Shown here: positions 16,153-24,048 of the stretch, piece by piece
Numbering within the stretch: the stretch's first letter is position 1
Layout: each line of letters starts with the position of its first letter
IMG/VR virus record: IMGVR_UViG_3300025875_000043
Length of the DNA stretch: 49,203 nucleotides
Strand: one strand, 5' to 3'
Origin: a virus
Notes under the pieces: generated by a model
Told to the model about the DNA's origin: nothing
The model's database searches: none
The model's input: the letters and a program-made list of their open reading frames with translations, nothing else
Translations under genes and position numbers: made by a program

Positions 16153-18555
16153 GTGTCATTCCAACGCATTCCCGGTGAACTGAAGTCTTTACGGCAATGG
16201 GTTATCTGGCGACTTGAAAAGCGCGAAGGTGCTAAGCCCACAAAGGTTCCCTATGCGCCGCGCCCCGGCGGCATAAAGGCCAGTGTAACCGACCCCAACA
16301 CATGGGGCACGTTCGATGAAGCTTGCGCCGCGCCTATGACGTGTGTGGAGCCGTGCGACTCTAGCGCCCCGCTTGAAGCAACCGGCTTCAGTGGCATTGG
16401 TTTTGTCTTCACTGACAATGACCCTTACGCTTGGATTGACCTTGACGACACGCACGGCGACAAGGAAGCGTTTGAACGCCAGGTGCTAATTCATACCAAG
16501 TTCAACAGTTACAGTGAACTTAGCCCTAGCGGCAATGGCCTTCACATTATCGTCAAGGGCCGGCTTCAGCATGGCCGGCGACGCGCTGCAATTGAGATAT
16601 ACAGCAACGAACGTTACGCCACCTTCACCGGCAACGTGTTCAACGACGCGCCTATTGAAGAACGCCAAGAACTTCTTGACATTCTCTTTGAAGAAATGGG
16701 CGGCGCGCCGGTCACATATGACCCGGCCAAGGATCAACCACAAACGCTAGACGATGACGCGGTGCTTGCGATGGCATCGGCGGCGGTCAATGGTGAAAAG
16801 TTCAGTCGGCTATTCACTGGCGACTTTCAATCAATGTATCCGTCGCAATCCGAAGCTGACTTTGCCCTTGTTGATATTCTGGCGTTCTATACACAGAATA
16901 TGGCACAGATTGCCCGGTTGTTCCGGCAATCGGCTTTGGGCAAGCGCGACAAGGCACAGCGTGACGATTATGTTGGCTATATGGTCAACAAGGCGTTTGA
17001 CCGGCAATTGCCGAAGGTTGATATTGACGGCCTGAAGATTGCCTTTGAACAGCGAAGGCTAAACGCTAACGTGCCGGCGGGGGAACCGGGCGGAACACCC
17101 GCCGACACGGCCAGCGGGGAGGCACACCTAGACCCGTCGAAACAAGTAGGGCTTAGCGCCGGCACGCCGTCGTCACACGCGCCCGGTAACGCTGTCAACC
17201 CCTTCCCGCCTGGCCTTATCGGGGAAGTCGCGCAATTCCTGCTAGACGCCGCGCCGCGCCGCGTGCCTGACATTGCCTTGGCCGGTGCCATCGCCTTGTT
17301 ATCCGGCATCACTGGCCGCGCGTACAACGTCAATGGCCAGGGCTTGAACCAATATATTCTTATGTTGGCGGCAACCGGCGCGGGCAAAGACCTTATCGCA
17401 TCCGGCGTCAGTAAGCTTATGGCCGAAGTGGTGAAGTCAACCCCGGCCGCTGACGATTTTAAGGGGCCGGGTGAATTGGTCAGTTCGGCCGGCATAATCA
17501 AATGGCTTGACAAGAAGCCCGCCGTGTTCAGCATCCTTGGCGAATTTGGCGTGAAGCTAAAGGAAATGGCGGACCCGCGCGCCAACGCGCACCTGGCCGG
17601 CCTAGAGCGCATCTTATTGCAGCTATACAGCAAGTCAGGCCAGGGCAACGTTCTTGACCCGATGGCGTATAGCGACACGCAAAAGAACACGTCGGCTATC
17701 AAGTCACCGTCGCTGACTATCCTTGGCGAAAGCGTGCCCGAACGGTTCTATGAAATGCTTGACGACACGATGATTGCCAGCGGCTTGTTGCCGCGCTTCA
17801 TGGTGTTTGAATACAAGGGGCCAAGACATTACCTGAACGAAGACACCGCCCACGCTAAGCCGTCGTTCCGGCTTGTGCAACAAATCGCTGACTTGTGCGC
17901 GCAAAGCCTGACCCTGGCACACAATGGCAACGTGTTCAACGTGCCACAGGATAAGGCGGCAACCGAAAGCTTCAGGGAGTTTGAACGATGGACAACCGAC
18001 CAAATCAATCAAGCCAAGTCGGAAGTCATGCGTCAGCTATGGAACCGCGCGCACCTGAAGGCCATTAAGCTGGCCGCTGTGTGCGCCGTTGGCATCAACA
18101 TGCACAACCCGGTCATAACGATCAATGAATGTATGTGGGCAACACAAATGATCGTTGACCAAACCAATCGGCTAATCGCCAAGTTTGAGACTGGCCAAAT
18201 CGGCTTTGCCAATAATGACGAAGGCAAGCAATTAGCGGCTGTGGTGAAGTGCATTAGCGAATATCTGAACGAACCACATGGCCGCTATGCCAAGTATCAG
18301 CCGAACGCCGATATGCACCGAAGCGCGGTTATACCTGAAAGCTATATCAGCCGGCGGCTTATCGCGGTGGCGGTGTTCCGCAATGACCGCATGGGTTCGA
18401 CCAATGCTATCAAGCGTTCACTGAAGATGCTTATGGAAGCTGACGAATTGCGAGAAGTGCCTAAAGCGCAAATGCAACAGTCATTCGGAAGCGGCCCGCG
18501 TGCCTATGTGGTGGCAAACGCAAGCCGCTTCCTTCCTGGCGGACCTGAAGACTAA
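16153..18555 (+). CDS. Bifunctional primase-polymerase (AEP) with PriCT-like and DUF3987-type helicase/NTPase domains
   Basis: WVIWRLEKREGAKPTKVPY, GIGFVFTDNDPYAWIDLDD (DxD), SPSGNGLHIIVKG, SEADFALVDILAFYT and Walker A LAATGAGKD. GTG 16153 lies 2 nt after the HTH stop (TTG 16117 is also possible). Confidence 0.8.
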   Translation: MSFQRIPGELKSLRQWVIWRLEKREGAKPTKVPYAPRPGGIKASVTDPNTWGTFDEACAAPMTCVEPCDSSAPLEATGFSGIGFVFTDNDPYAWIDLDDTHGDKEAFERQVLIHTKFNSYSELSPSGNGLHIIVKGRLQHGRRRAAIEIYSNERYATFTGNVFNDAPIEERQELLDILFEEMGGAPVTYDPAKDQPQTLDDDAVLAMASAAVNGEKFSRLFTGDFQSMYPSQSEADFALVDILAFYTQNMAQIARLFRQSALGKRDKAQRDDYVGYMVNKAFDRQLPKVDIDGLKIAFEQRRLNANVPAGEPGGTPADTASGEAHLDPSKQVGLSAGTPSSHAPGNAVNPFPPGLIGEVAQFLLDAAPRRVPDIALAGAIALLSGITGRAYNVNGQGLNQYILMLAATGAGKDLIASGVSKLMAEVVKSTPAADDFKGPGELVSSAGIIKWLDKKPAVFSILGEFGVKLKEMADPRANAHLAGLERILLQLYSKSGQGNVLDPMAYSDTQKNTSAIKSPSLTILGESVPERFYEMLDDTMIASGLLPRFMVFEYKGPRHYLNEDTAHAKPSFRLVQQIADLCAQSLTLAHNGNVFNVPQDKAATESFREFERWTTDQINQAKSEVMRQLWNRAHLKAIKLAAVCAVGINMHNPVITINECMWATQMIVDQTNRLIAKFETGQIGFANNDEGKQLAAVVKCISEYLNEPHGRYAKYQPNADMHRSAVIPESYISRRLIAVAVFRNDRMGSTNAIKRSLKMLMEADELREVPKAQMQQSFGSGPRAYVVANASRFLPGGPED

Positions 18556-18917
18556 GCGGCTTGATCCTTGGCAATAGCGCGCATGGCGTGCGTCAGAAAT
18601 TCCGGCGTTGTCGTGCCGTGTGCAAGCTGGCGACCGTCGCGCTTCAAGCAATAGTTGAAAGTTAACAGGCTGAACGGTGTTGGTACATTGCACACCACAC
18701 GCGGCCGGCGACACATGCTAATTTCAATGGTGTAACCGTTCCACTCGACAACCGGGCCATCGCTGGCGTTGGTAGCGTTATGCGTGCTGACAACGCCGGC
18801 CGGTACCACTAACTTGGTTGACATACCGTTAACGCAATAATCGTTGGCGTAGCGATGTGCGGCTTTGATGATTGGCGAAACGAAAGCCTGAAGGTCTTTC
18901 TTTAGAAGGCGTGCCAC
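18552..18917 (-). CDS. Hypothetical protein (about 121 aa; start uncertain, and the ORF is open up to 18974)
   Basis: GTG 18917 is preceded by AAGGGAGTTGAACGAC. Its stop codon overlaps the primase stop on the other strand. Confidence 0.4.
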   Translation of the reverse strand: MARLLKKDLQAFVSPIIKAAHRYANDYCVNGMSTKLVVPAGVVSTHNATNASDGPVVEWNGYTIEISMCRRPRVVCNVPTPFSLLTFNYCLKRDGRQLAHGTTTPEFLTHAMRAIAKDQAA

Positions 18918-19011
18918 GTCGTTCAACTCCCTTGCTGACAACGCACACATACCAGCGGCCGGCCAAGGCGTCAACCCCTAGCCGGCTATTAGCTGAAATT
19001 ATTGTTGGCTT

Positions 19012-19773
19012 TTAGGCTAAGCCAAGCCGGCGTAATATCGGAAGGCCGTTGGCGTGAAAGCACGCGATGGCAAAGCCGCGTGGCGTTTCTGACCTAATTT
19101 GCTTGGTCTTGGCTGACTTGCCGCCTAGCTTCGCCCATTGCTTCGACCCGCGCACGACGCCAGCCGCCTTGCCGCTTTCCAATTCGATTATCAGCGGTGC
19201 CACCGGCTTCTTCCAGGGCATGACGAACCCCCCCCCGGTCCATAGGCAAGTTTTCTTGGTGTAAGCGTCGCGCGGCTCTATATAGTCAGGCCAACGCGGG
19301 TGTATGTCGTCTTCTGGCAAATAGCCGCCATACTCACAAGGGTTGAAGATATGGCATGGCTTGCGCCATTCGGTCGAAATACGGCCAACCGGGTTTTCGG
19401 CAAAATACGGCACGCCAAGTTCGTCGGCAACATCGCGAACGAAGTAAACCAACGCCATAGCTTCAGCAACATAATTCGGGTTACGCTCTAGTTTGCCCGC
19501 CCAATGCTTGGCACCAAGGCCCGCAAGGTCAGTGCATGGCGGAAAGCCGGCGACGAACAGCGGCTTTAGCGCCATGATGTTGGCACGCACCACAGGATCA
19601 AGCACGTCGGCTTTGATGAAGTGAAGCCAGCCCTTGCCGACACGTTCGCTATGGTTGGCGTTCAGAATATCAAGGCAATAGCAGTCAAACCCGGCTTCCG
19701 CCCAAGGGCGCAACATATTGCCGCTTTCGTCATAGATGCTGACGACCACAGGCAAGCCGGGTTCCCAAATCAT
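19012..19773 (-). CDS. DNA (cytosine-5) methyltransferase-like protein
   Basis: Motif IV GFPPCTDLAGLG (PC catalytic Cys) and motif VI FAENPVG. The motif I region is divergent (VVSIYDESGNMLRPWAEAGFDCYCLDI), similar to short phage Dcm-type enzymes. Confidence 0.6.
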   Translation of the reverse strand: MIWEPGLPVVVSIYDESGNMLRPWAEAGFDCYCLDILNANHSERVGKGWLHFIKADVLDPVVRANIMALKPLFVAGFPPCTDLAGLGAKHWAGKLERNPNYVAEAMALVYFVRDVADELGVPYFAENPVGRISTEWRKPCHIFNPCEYGGYLPEDDIHPRWPDYIEPRDAYTKKTCLWTGGGFVMPWKKPVAPLIIELESGKAAGVVRGSKQWAKLGGKSAKTKQIRSETPRGFAIACFHANGLPILRRLGLA

Positions 19774-19976
19774 GCCAACCGTTCCCCATTGCGAAATGCC
19801 AAGCCCGGTTCAAACCGATGCGTGGCAAAGTCATAGTCTGACCACCAATCGGGTTCAAGGCCATATTGCTTTTGGTGTTCAGTCAGCGCCACACCCATAG
19901 CTTCGTTGGCTTCTTCTTCGGTGTAACCATGCGCTTCAAAGCTGAAGTTCTTGGTGTCCAACGTCACGATAAACAT
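19770..19976 (-). CDS. Hypothetical protein (68 aa)
   Basis: ATG 19976 is preceded by AAAGGGAGTATTGACGCC. The 3' end overlaps the methyltransferase start (ATGA-type). Confidence 0.5.
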   Translation of the reverse strand: MFIVTLDTKNFSFEAHGYTEEEANEAMGVALTEHQKQYGLEPDWWSDYDFATHRFEPGLAFRNGERLA

Positions 19977-19980
19977 GGCG

Positions 19981-20142
19981 TCAATACTCCCTTTGAATTG
20001 GCTTGCCGTGTTGCCAGGTGACAACCGCCCATTCGCTTTCCGAAGTCAACGAACGGCCGGCGCTATAGCTAAGGCCGTTCGCGGTCATGGCTTTGTCGCG
20101 GTTGCGGCTGGCGGCTTCCTGTTCGGCACGCATACGGGTCAT
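19981..20142 (-). CDS. Hypothetical small protein (53 aa), below the ORF-track size cutoff
   Basis: Hand-translated as MTRMRAEQEAASRNRDKAMTANGLSYSAGRSLTSESEWAVVTWQHGKPIQREY. Its ATG overlaps the upstream stop as ATGA, and it fills an otherwise empty gap in a tightly packed operon. Confidence 0.45.
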   Translation of the reverse strand: MTRMRAEQEAASRNRDKAMTANGLSYSAGRSLTSESEWAVVTWQHGKPIQREY

Positions 20143-20342
20143 TGTGGCCAAATCCCGCCGTGGTTACACGCATGGTCAAAGCCATTGGCCATAGTGTGGG
20201 GAACGCCGTGGTTTGCAACGGCAAACACCATTTTACGCCACAGCGCGCACAACTCGCAATCTTTATGGTCAACCACAAAGTGCGGTTTAAGGTTACTGAA
20301 GTCACGCGCTACCAATTTGGCTTGCGCCTTGGTTATGGTCAT
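20139..20342 (-). CDS. Hypothetical protein (67 aa)
   Basis: ORF in operon context. Contains CELC...H...H. Confidence 0.5.
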   Translation of the reverse strand: MTITKAQAKLVARDFSNLKPHFVVDHKDCELCALWRKMVFAVANHGVPHTMANGFDHACNHGGIWPQ

Positions 20343-20370
20343 TGGTCGAACTCCCTAAGTGCCCACATTG

Positions 20371-20574
20371 TCAGCGGTTGTGACGCCGCTTTTCGCTGGC
20401 ACGCTTCATCTTGGCAAATGCAAGGTTGGCCGCGTTGATGGCTTCTTGCATTCCAAGCAACGCCTGGCGCGCTTCGCCCTGTGTCGGCGTTTCGTCGTTA
20501 TCCCATTCAAGGGTTGCAACCTGAAGCGCAATCGCGGCGCGCATCATATCGGCCGCTTCGCTTTTAATATCCAT
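20371..20574 (-). CDS. Hypothetical protein (67 aa), first gene of the short leftward operon
   Basis: ATG 20574 is preceded by CAGGGAGTTCAAGCAC and lies downstream of a good promoter. Confidence 0.55.
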   Translation of the reverse strand: MDIKSEAADMMRAAIALQVATLEWDNDETPTQGEARQALLGMQEAINAANLAFAKMKRASEKRRHNR

Positions 20575-20603
20575 GTGCTTGAACTCCCTGAAACGTTAGC
20601 TGA

Positions 20604-20632
20604 CATATAAGCTGGCGTTTTGATGGCGTCAA
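20604..20632 (-). promoter_or_regulatory. Sigma70-like leftward promoter
   Basis: The minus strand reads TTGACG-17 nt-TATATG, about 30 nt upstream of ATG 20574. Confidence 0.5.
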
Positions 20633-20681
20633 CCGGCTTTTGCTATTTAATTCGGGGAATTTCGACCTGGCCGCTGACCGG

Positions 20682-20962
20682 GATATAATGGCGTATAATG
20701 GGGATATAACGCAAAAACGGCGGTTTTCCGCCAGATATAATGAATATAACGATATAATGGGAAAGAGACTAAAAGGGGTAATTCGGGGGATTAAAAAATG
20801 GTGCGAATTTGCTAATTCACCGAATAAAGAATTGCCTGAATTAAATTAGGTCTTCTACGTATTATATTCATTATATCGTTATATATTTGACTAGAAATGG
20901 CTGATTTGCGTGCCTTTCGGCGTATAACGCGCCCATCATATCCGCTATATCCGCTCCACCGG
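20682..20962. repeat. Array of about 12 copies of a 9-10-bp (G/C)RTATAAYG(G) unit in both orientations (iterons/operators/stacked -10 boxes) in an AT-rich divergent control region
   Basis: Forward copies at 20682, 20692, 20703, 20734, 20743, 20751 and 20931. Inverted copies lie within 20861-20886, and degenerate inverted copies at 20934-20962. Also AATTCGGGGRAT at 20650 and 20780. Confidence 0.7.
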
Positions 20963-21090
20963 GCTTCAGCAAATAGCCGGAATTACGCCAGGCACGCCGA
21001 CCGCGCCAATCGGCTGGCCGACAATGTGGGCATTTGACAGCGGGTTTGGCGGTATGGTAAGGCACGCCTGATTTAGTGGAGAACCGGGCA

Positions 21091-21354
21091 ATGTTCGACC
21101 GTTTGAAAGTTTGGTGGTGGTTCAAATTCCATACCGGGGCATATTCGGCATGGAAGCCAAAGCGCACAGAAAGAATGCGAGCGCGTGGCACAGTTTGGGC
21201 GCTGTTGCCGCTAGAAGATGGGTCGAAGACTTGGCATCCCGTTTGCGACTTTTGCGGCGGCAACTGTGGTCAGTGCGGCTTGACCGGCGACGTTGGCAAT
21301 GTTGGCTTCAGCTTTCAGCGCATTGTTGACAATCACTTGGCAGGAACACGCTAA
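21091..21354 (+). CDS. Hypothetical protein (87 aa) with a Trp-rich N-terminus and CDFCGGNCGQCG cluster; first rightward gene
   Basis: ATG 21091 is preceded by GGAGAACCGGGCA. Confidence 0.5.
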   Translation: MFDRLKVWWWFKFHTGAYSAWKPKRTERMRARGTVWALLPLEDGSKTWHPVCDFCGGNCGQCGLTGDVGNVGFSFQRIVDNHLAGTR

Positions 21355-21737
21355 TGACTATGGAGTTGGACAAAGCGATTGATGCCGTTAGGCGGTCAAG
21401 GGATGCTATGGACGCCAGTACGTTTAGCGGACGCAACCGCACCGCCGACCTTCAGAAAGAAGTTGACCGGCTTAGGGAAGTGCCAGGTATTACAACGCGC
21501 GTCATCCATGAACATGGCTATGCCGTGCTTAGCCGCGTTACCGGCCCGCACCTTAGCGGCCCCATTATTGAAGTTGTCAGCCTTTGGCATAAGGGCGAAC
21601 GCGGCAATGGCCACCATGACCCCGAATATGCCAGCCGGGTCAACCTTCGCCAGCTTCGCGCATTGAACAGCACGCCGAACCGCGAATTTGCCATTGCTGT
21701 GGTCGCAATGCCGCCTGAAGAAGCGTGGAGTGAATAG
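21354..21737 (+). CDS. Hypothetical protein (127 aa)
   Basis: TAATG overlap with the upstream gene. No motif recognised. Confidence 0.55.
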   Translation: MTMELDKAIDAVRRSRDAMDASTFSGRNRTADLQKEVDRLREVPGITTRVIHEHGYAVLSRVTGPHLSGPIIEVVSLWHKGERGNGHHDPEYASRVNLRQLRALNSTPNREFAIAVVAMPPEEAWSE

Positions 21738-21739
21738 CC

Positions 21740-21925
21740 ATGAAGTTCGTGAAGCTGACCACTATGGCCGGTCTTGTCGCTTACTATAATGTCAGCGAAA
21801 TTGTGTTTTTCTTTGACAGCGATTTGCACGGTTGCATCCTTCGCTTGAAGGGTGACGGCGGCGCGGAATGCGTCAGGGAAAGTGCCGAAGAAGTTGCCGA
21901 GTTGATAAGGAAGGCTAAGCCATGA
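21740..21925 (+). CDS. Hypothetical protein (61 aa)
   Basis: ATG lies 2 nt after the upstream stop, and the 3' end has an ATGA overlap with the next gene. Confidence 0.5.
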   Translation: MKFVKLTTMAGLVAYYNVSEIVFFFDSDLHGCILRLKGDGGAECVRESAEEVAELIRKAKP

Positions 21926-22866
21926 CCTTTATTAAATATCAGCACTTCAACCTTCGGCAATCATCGTTTGCGCTAATCGACAAGATTAGCGCCATCATTG
22001 ATGAATTTGGCGCGGATGGTTACACGTTGACCCTTCGCCAAATTTACTATCAGTTGGTTCAAGCCAACGACATTCCCAACACCCCTAGCAGCTATGACAA
22101 TCTTGGCGTGCTGATTAAGAAGGGGCGGCTTATGGGGCTTATCAGTTGGGATGCCATCGAAGACCGCAATAGGGCGGTCAGCCCTTGGCTTATTCAGCCG
22201 AACCAACGCCAGGTGCTTGACGGCTTAGAGCAACAGCTAGCCTATGACCTATGGACGCCACAGGGGGTCTATATTGAAACATGGGTTGAAAAGGACGCGC
22301 AAGCCAACGTTGTTGAACGGCCTTGTGCCGAATGGCGCGTGCCTTTCATGGCGTGCCGGGGCTATATGTCAACTTCGGAGATATACAGCGCCGGCAATCG
22401 CTTCAGGGAAGCCGCCGATGAAGGCAAGCGCGTTGCCATCATTCACCTTGGCGACCATGACCCTAGCGGTTGGGATATGTCGCGCGACAACGAAGACCGG
22501 GTTGAACTGATAGCCGGCTTTAACGTCGAAGTGCGGCGCATTGCCCTTCAGACAAGTCAGGTGCGCGAACTTCGCTTGCCACCACAGCCGGCTAAGGTGA
22601 CTGACAAGCGGTTTGCCGAGTATCAGCGCCAATACGGTTCGGAAAGTTGGGAATTGGACGCCTTGCGCCCGCAATACCTGGCCAACCTGTTAAGCGAAGC
22701 CATCAAAGAGTTTGTTACCGATTGGCCGCTTTGGGAACGCACGCTAGCTGAAGAAGCTGAATGGCGTAAGCCCCTGGCCGAACTTCATAGCCGTTGGCCT
22801 GACGTGCTTGACTTCCTTGCAAAGCCGATTAAGCCGGAAAGCCTTGAACCTGACTTTATGGAGTAA
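21922..22866 (+). CDS. Stand-alone Spo11 / topoisomerase VI subunit-A-like protein (Topo mini-A type: 5Y-CAP plus Toprim)
   Basis: TLRQIYYQLV (catalytic Tyr motif, cf. RDIYY), TWVEKDAQ (Toprim Glu, cf. VEKxA) and IHLGDHDPSGWDM (Toprim DxD, cf. DxDPxG). At 314 aa it is too small for a full type II enzyme, and there is no B-subunit/GHKL ATPase gene nearby. Confidence 0.7.
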   Translation: MTFIKYQHFNLRQSSFALIDKISAIIDEFGADGYTLTLRQIYYQLVQANDIPNTPSSYDNLGVLIKKGRLMGLISWDAIEDRNRAVSPWLIQPNQRQVLDGLEQQLAYDLWTPQGVYIETWVEKDAQANVVERPCAEWRVPFMACRGYMSTSEIYSAGNRFREAADEGKRVAIIHLGDHDPSGWDMSRDNEDRVELIAGFNVEVRRIALQTSQVRELRLPPQPAKVTDKRFAEYQRQYGSESWELDALRPQYLANLLSEAIKEFVTDWPLWERTLAEEAEWRKPLAELHSRWPDVLDFLAKPIKPESLEPDFME

Positions 22867-22872
22867 CCGGGC

Positions 22873-23232
22873 ATGACGAAGGAACCGACGAAGGCACAGC
22901 TTCAGGGCAAGATTGCCGAACTTGAAGCCAATGTTGTCATGGAACGCGATTTGCGGACCCGCGTACAAGGCGACCGTAAGGACGCACAGAATGCGCTTGA
23001 AGCCGAACGCAAGGCGCACAACTTCACTCGCGACGTGTTGCACTCCACCGAATTGGAGTTGGCCAAGACGCGGGGTTATCTTGACGCCAGGCGTGACGCC
23101 GAACCACCGATTATGGTGCCACAGTCGCGCGAAGGTGCGTTGGCCAGCTATGCCGATGGCACCCGTTCGTTGCCGCCGACTAGCGGCACTTGGTCAGACA
23201 ATGCCAATCGTTCGCCTTGGTGGCATCGGTGA
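22873..23232 (+). CDS. Hypothetical coiled-coil protein (119 aa)
   Basis: Heptad-rich, charged N-terminal half. ATG is preceded by GAGTAACCGGGC. Confidence 0.55.
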   Translation: MTKEPTKAQLQGKIAELEANVVMERDLRTRVQGDRKDAQNALEAERKAHNFTRDVLHSTELELAKTRGYLDARRDAEPPIMVPQSREGALASYADGTRSLPPTSGTWSDNANRSPWWHR

Positions 23233-23510
23233 ACGCCGATGAAGATTGCGCTGTGTGCGGGCATGACACACCGTGCCAATGTGGTACGCGGGTTGCCAAG
23301 GTGCCGGTGCTTAACACCGCAACACTAGGGCCGGTGCTTAACACCGCAACACTAGGGCCGGTCAGGTTCGACCCTGACCGCGACGCCGAACGTGCGCGCC
23401 TTGTGCGCGAAGCCATGCGGGCTTGCGATAGTTCGCTTTTGGCCATAGCGTCCAACTATTGCAGCGACGCCACCTTGGCCAAGCTTGGAAGGATGCTGAA
23501 ACATGGCTGA
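23229..23510 (+). CDS. Hypothetical Cys-rich protein containing a duplicated PVLNTATLG nonapeptide
   Basis: GTG 23229 overlaps the upstream TGA (the start is uncertain, as TTG/GTG alternatives exist from 23190). Contains CAVCGHDTPCQC. Confidence 0.45.
   Translation: MNADEDCAVCGHDTPCQCGTRVAKVPVLNTATLGPVLNTATLGPVRFDPDRDAERARLVREAMRACDSSLLAIASNYCSDATLAKLGRMLKHG
23304..23357 (+). repeat. Perfect 27-bp tandem duplication (2 copies plus 5 bp of a third)
   Basis: ccggtgcttaacaccgcaacactaggg x2, in frame. Confidence 0.95.
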
Positions 23511-24018
23511 AACGCCGCCAATCACATATTTTCTTCAAGGGCACGCCGCCGCTGAAGCCGGCCAGCCGGAAAGCGCCAATCCCTTGTTGTTCGACGCCTG
23601 GCCGTTTCAGGCTTGGCTTGCCGGCCATCGGTTCTATGCCGAGTATGCCAGCGCGCGGGTTCTTCAGCATGACAGCCCGCTTGAACGGGTTGACGTGACG
23701 CCGCACGAACAAGGCCGGGTCGCACACGGCAAGGGCCGGCCTTTGGAGGCTTGCCCTTACGAACCGCAAAGCCATGATTGGCGCATGTGGCGCTGTGGTT
23801 GGGTTGAACGCCTGAACGAATTGACCACCGAAGACAGCGGCGAACAACACGCCAACTGTGGTGCCAGGCGCTTGGCTGTCATCATTTACGCGATTATTTC
23901 AGTCATCATTTATGCCGCCATTGTGTGGGCATTTGTAGCTTTACCATCGGCCCGTAACACCGGATATAAAGCCTGTGTTAGCAAAGCCGGTAACACTTGG
24001 GTAACTTGTAAGCGTTAA
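23503..24018 (+). CDS. Membrane-anchored protein with two Rmf/CrpP-like repeats
   Basis: GRVAHGKGRPLEACPYEPQSHDWRMWRCGWVE fits the Rmf/CrpP-type motif (G..A..G....CPY....W..GW). A weaker first copy is QGHAAAEAGQPESANP...WLAGH. C-terminal TM helix LAVIIYAIISVIIYAAIVWAFVAL. Confidence 0.45.
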   Translation: MAETPPITYFLQGHAAAEAGQPESANPLLFDAWPFQAWLAGHRFYAEYASARVLQHDSPLERVDVTPHEQGRVAHGKGRPLEACPYEPQSHDWRMWRCGWVERLNELTTEDSGEQHANCGARRLAVIIYAIISVIIYAAIVWAFVALPSARNTGYKACVSKAGNTWVTCKR

Positions 24019-24048
24019 ACGTCAGGCTTCACTTAAGGAGCCTGACCG

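Noticed and set aside
20682-20962. Possible CRISPR array
   Set aside because: The units are only 9-10 bp, occur in both orientations, are often directly abutting and lack uniform spacers. This is not CRISPR architecture.
21034-21063. TTGACA hexamers at 21034 and 31134 as -35 boxes of rightward promoters
   Set aside because: No acceptable -10 hexamer lies at 16-18-nt spacing (gtaagg/taaggc and tcgcgt). The 31134 site is only 25 nt from ATG 31164.
20640-21263. ORFs 20640..20849(+) and 20871..21263(-) across the AT-rich repeat island
   Set aside because: They are built from the TATAA repeats and have no SD. The minus ORF also overlaps the better-supported plus-strand gene 21091..21354. I treat the region as regulatory.
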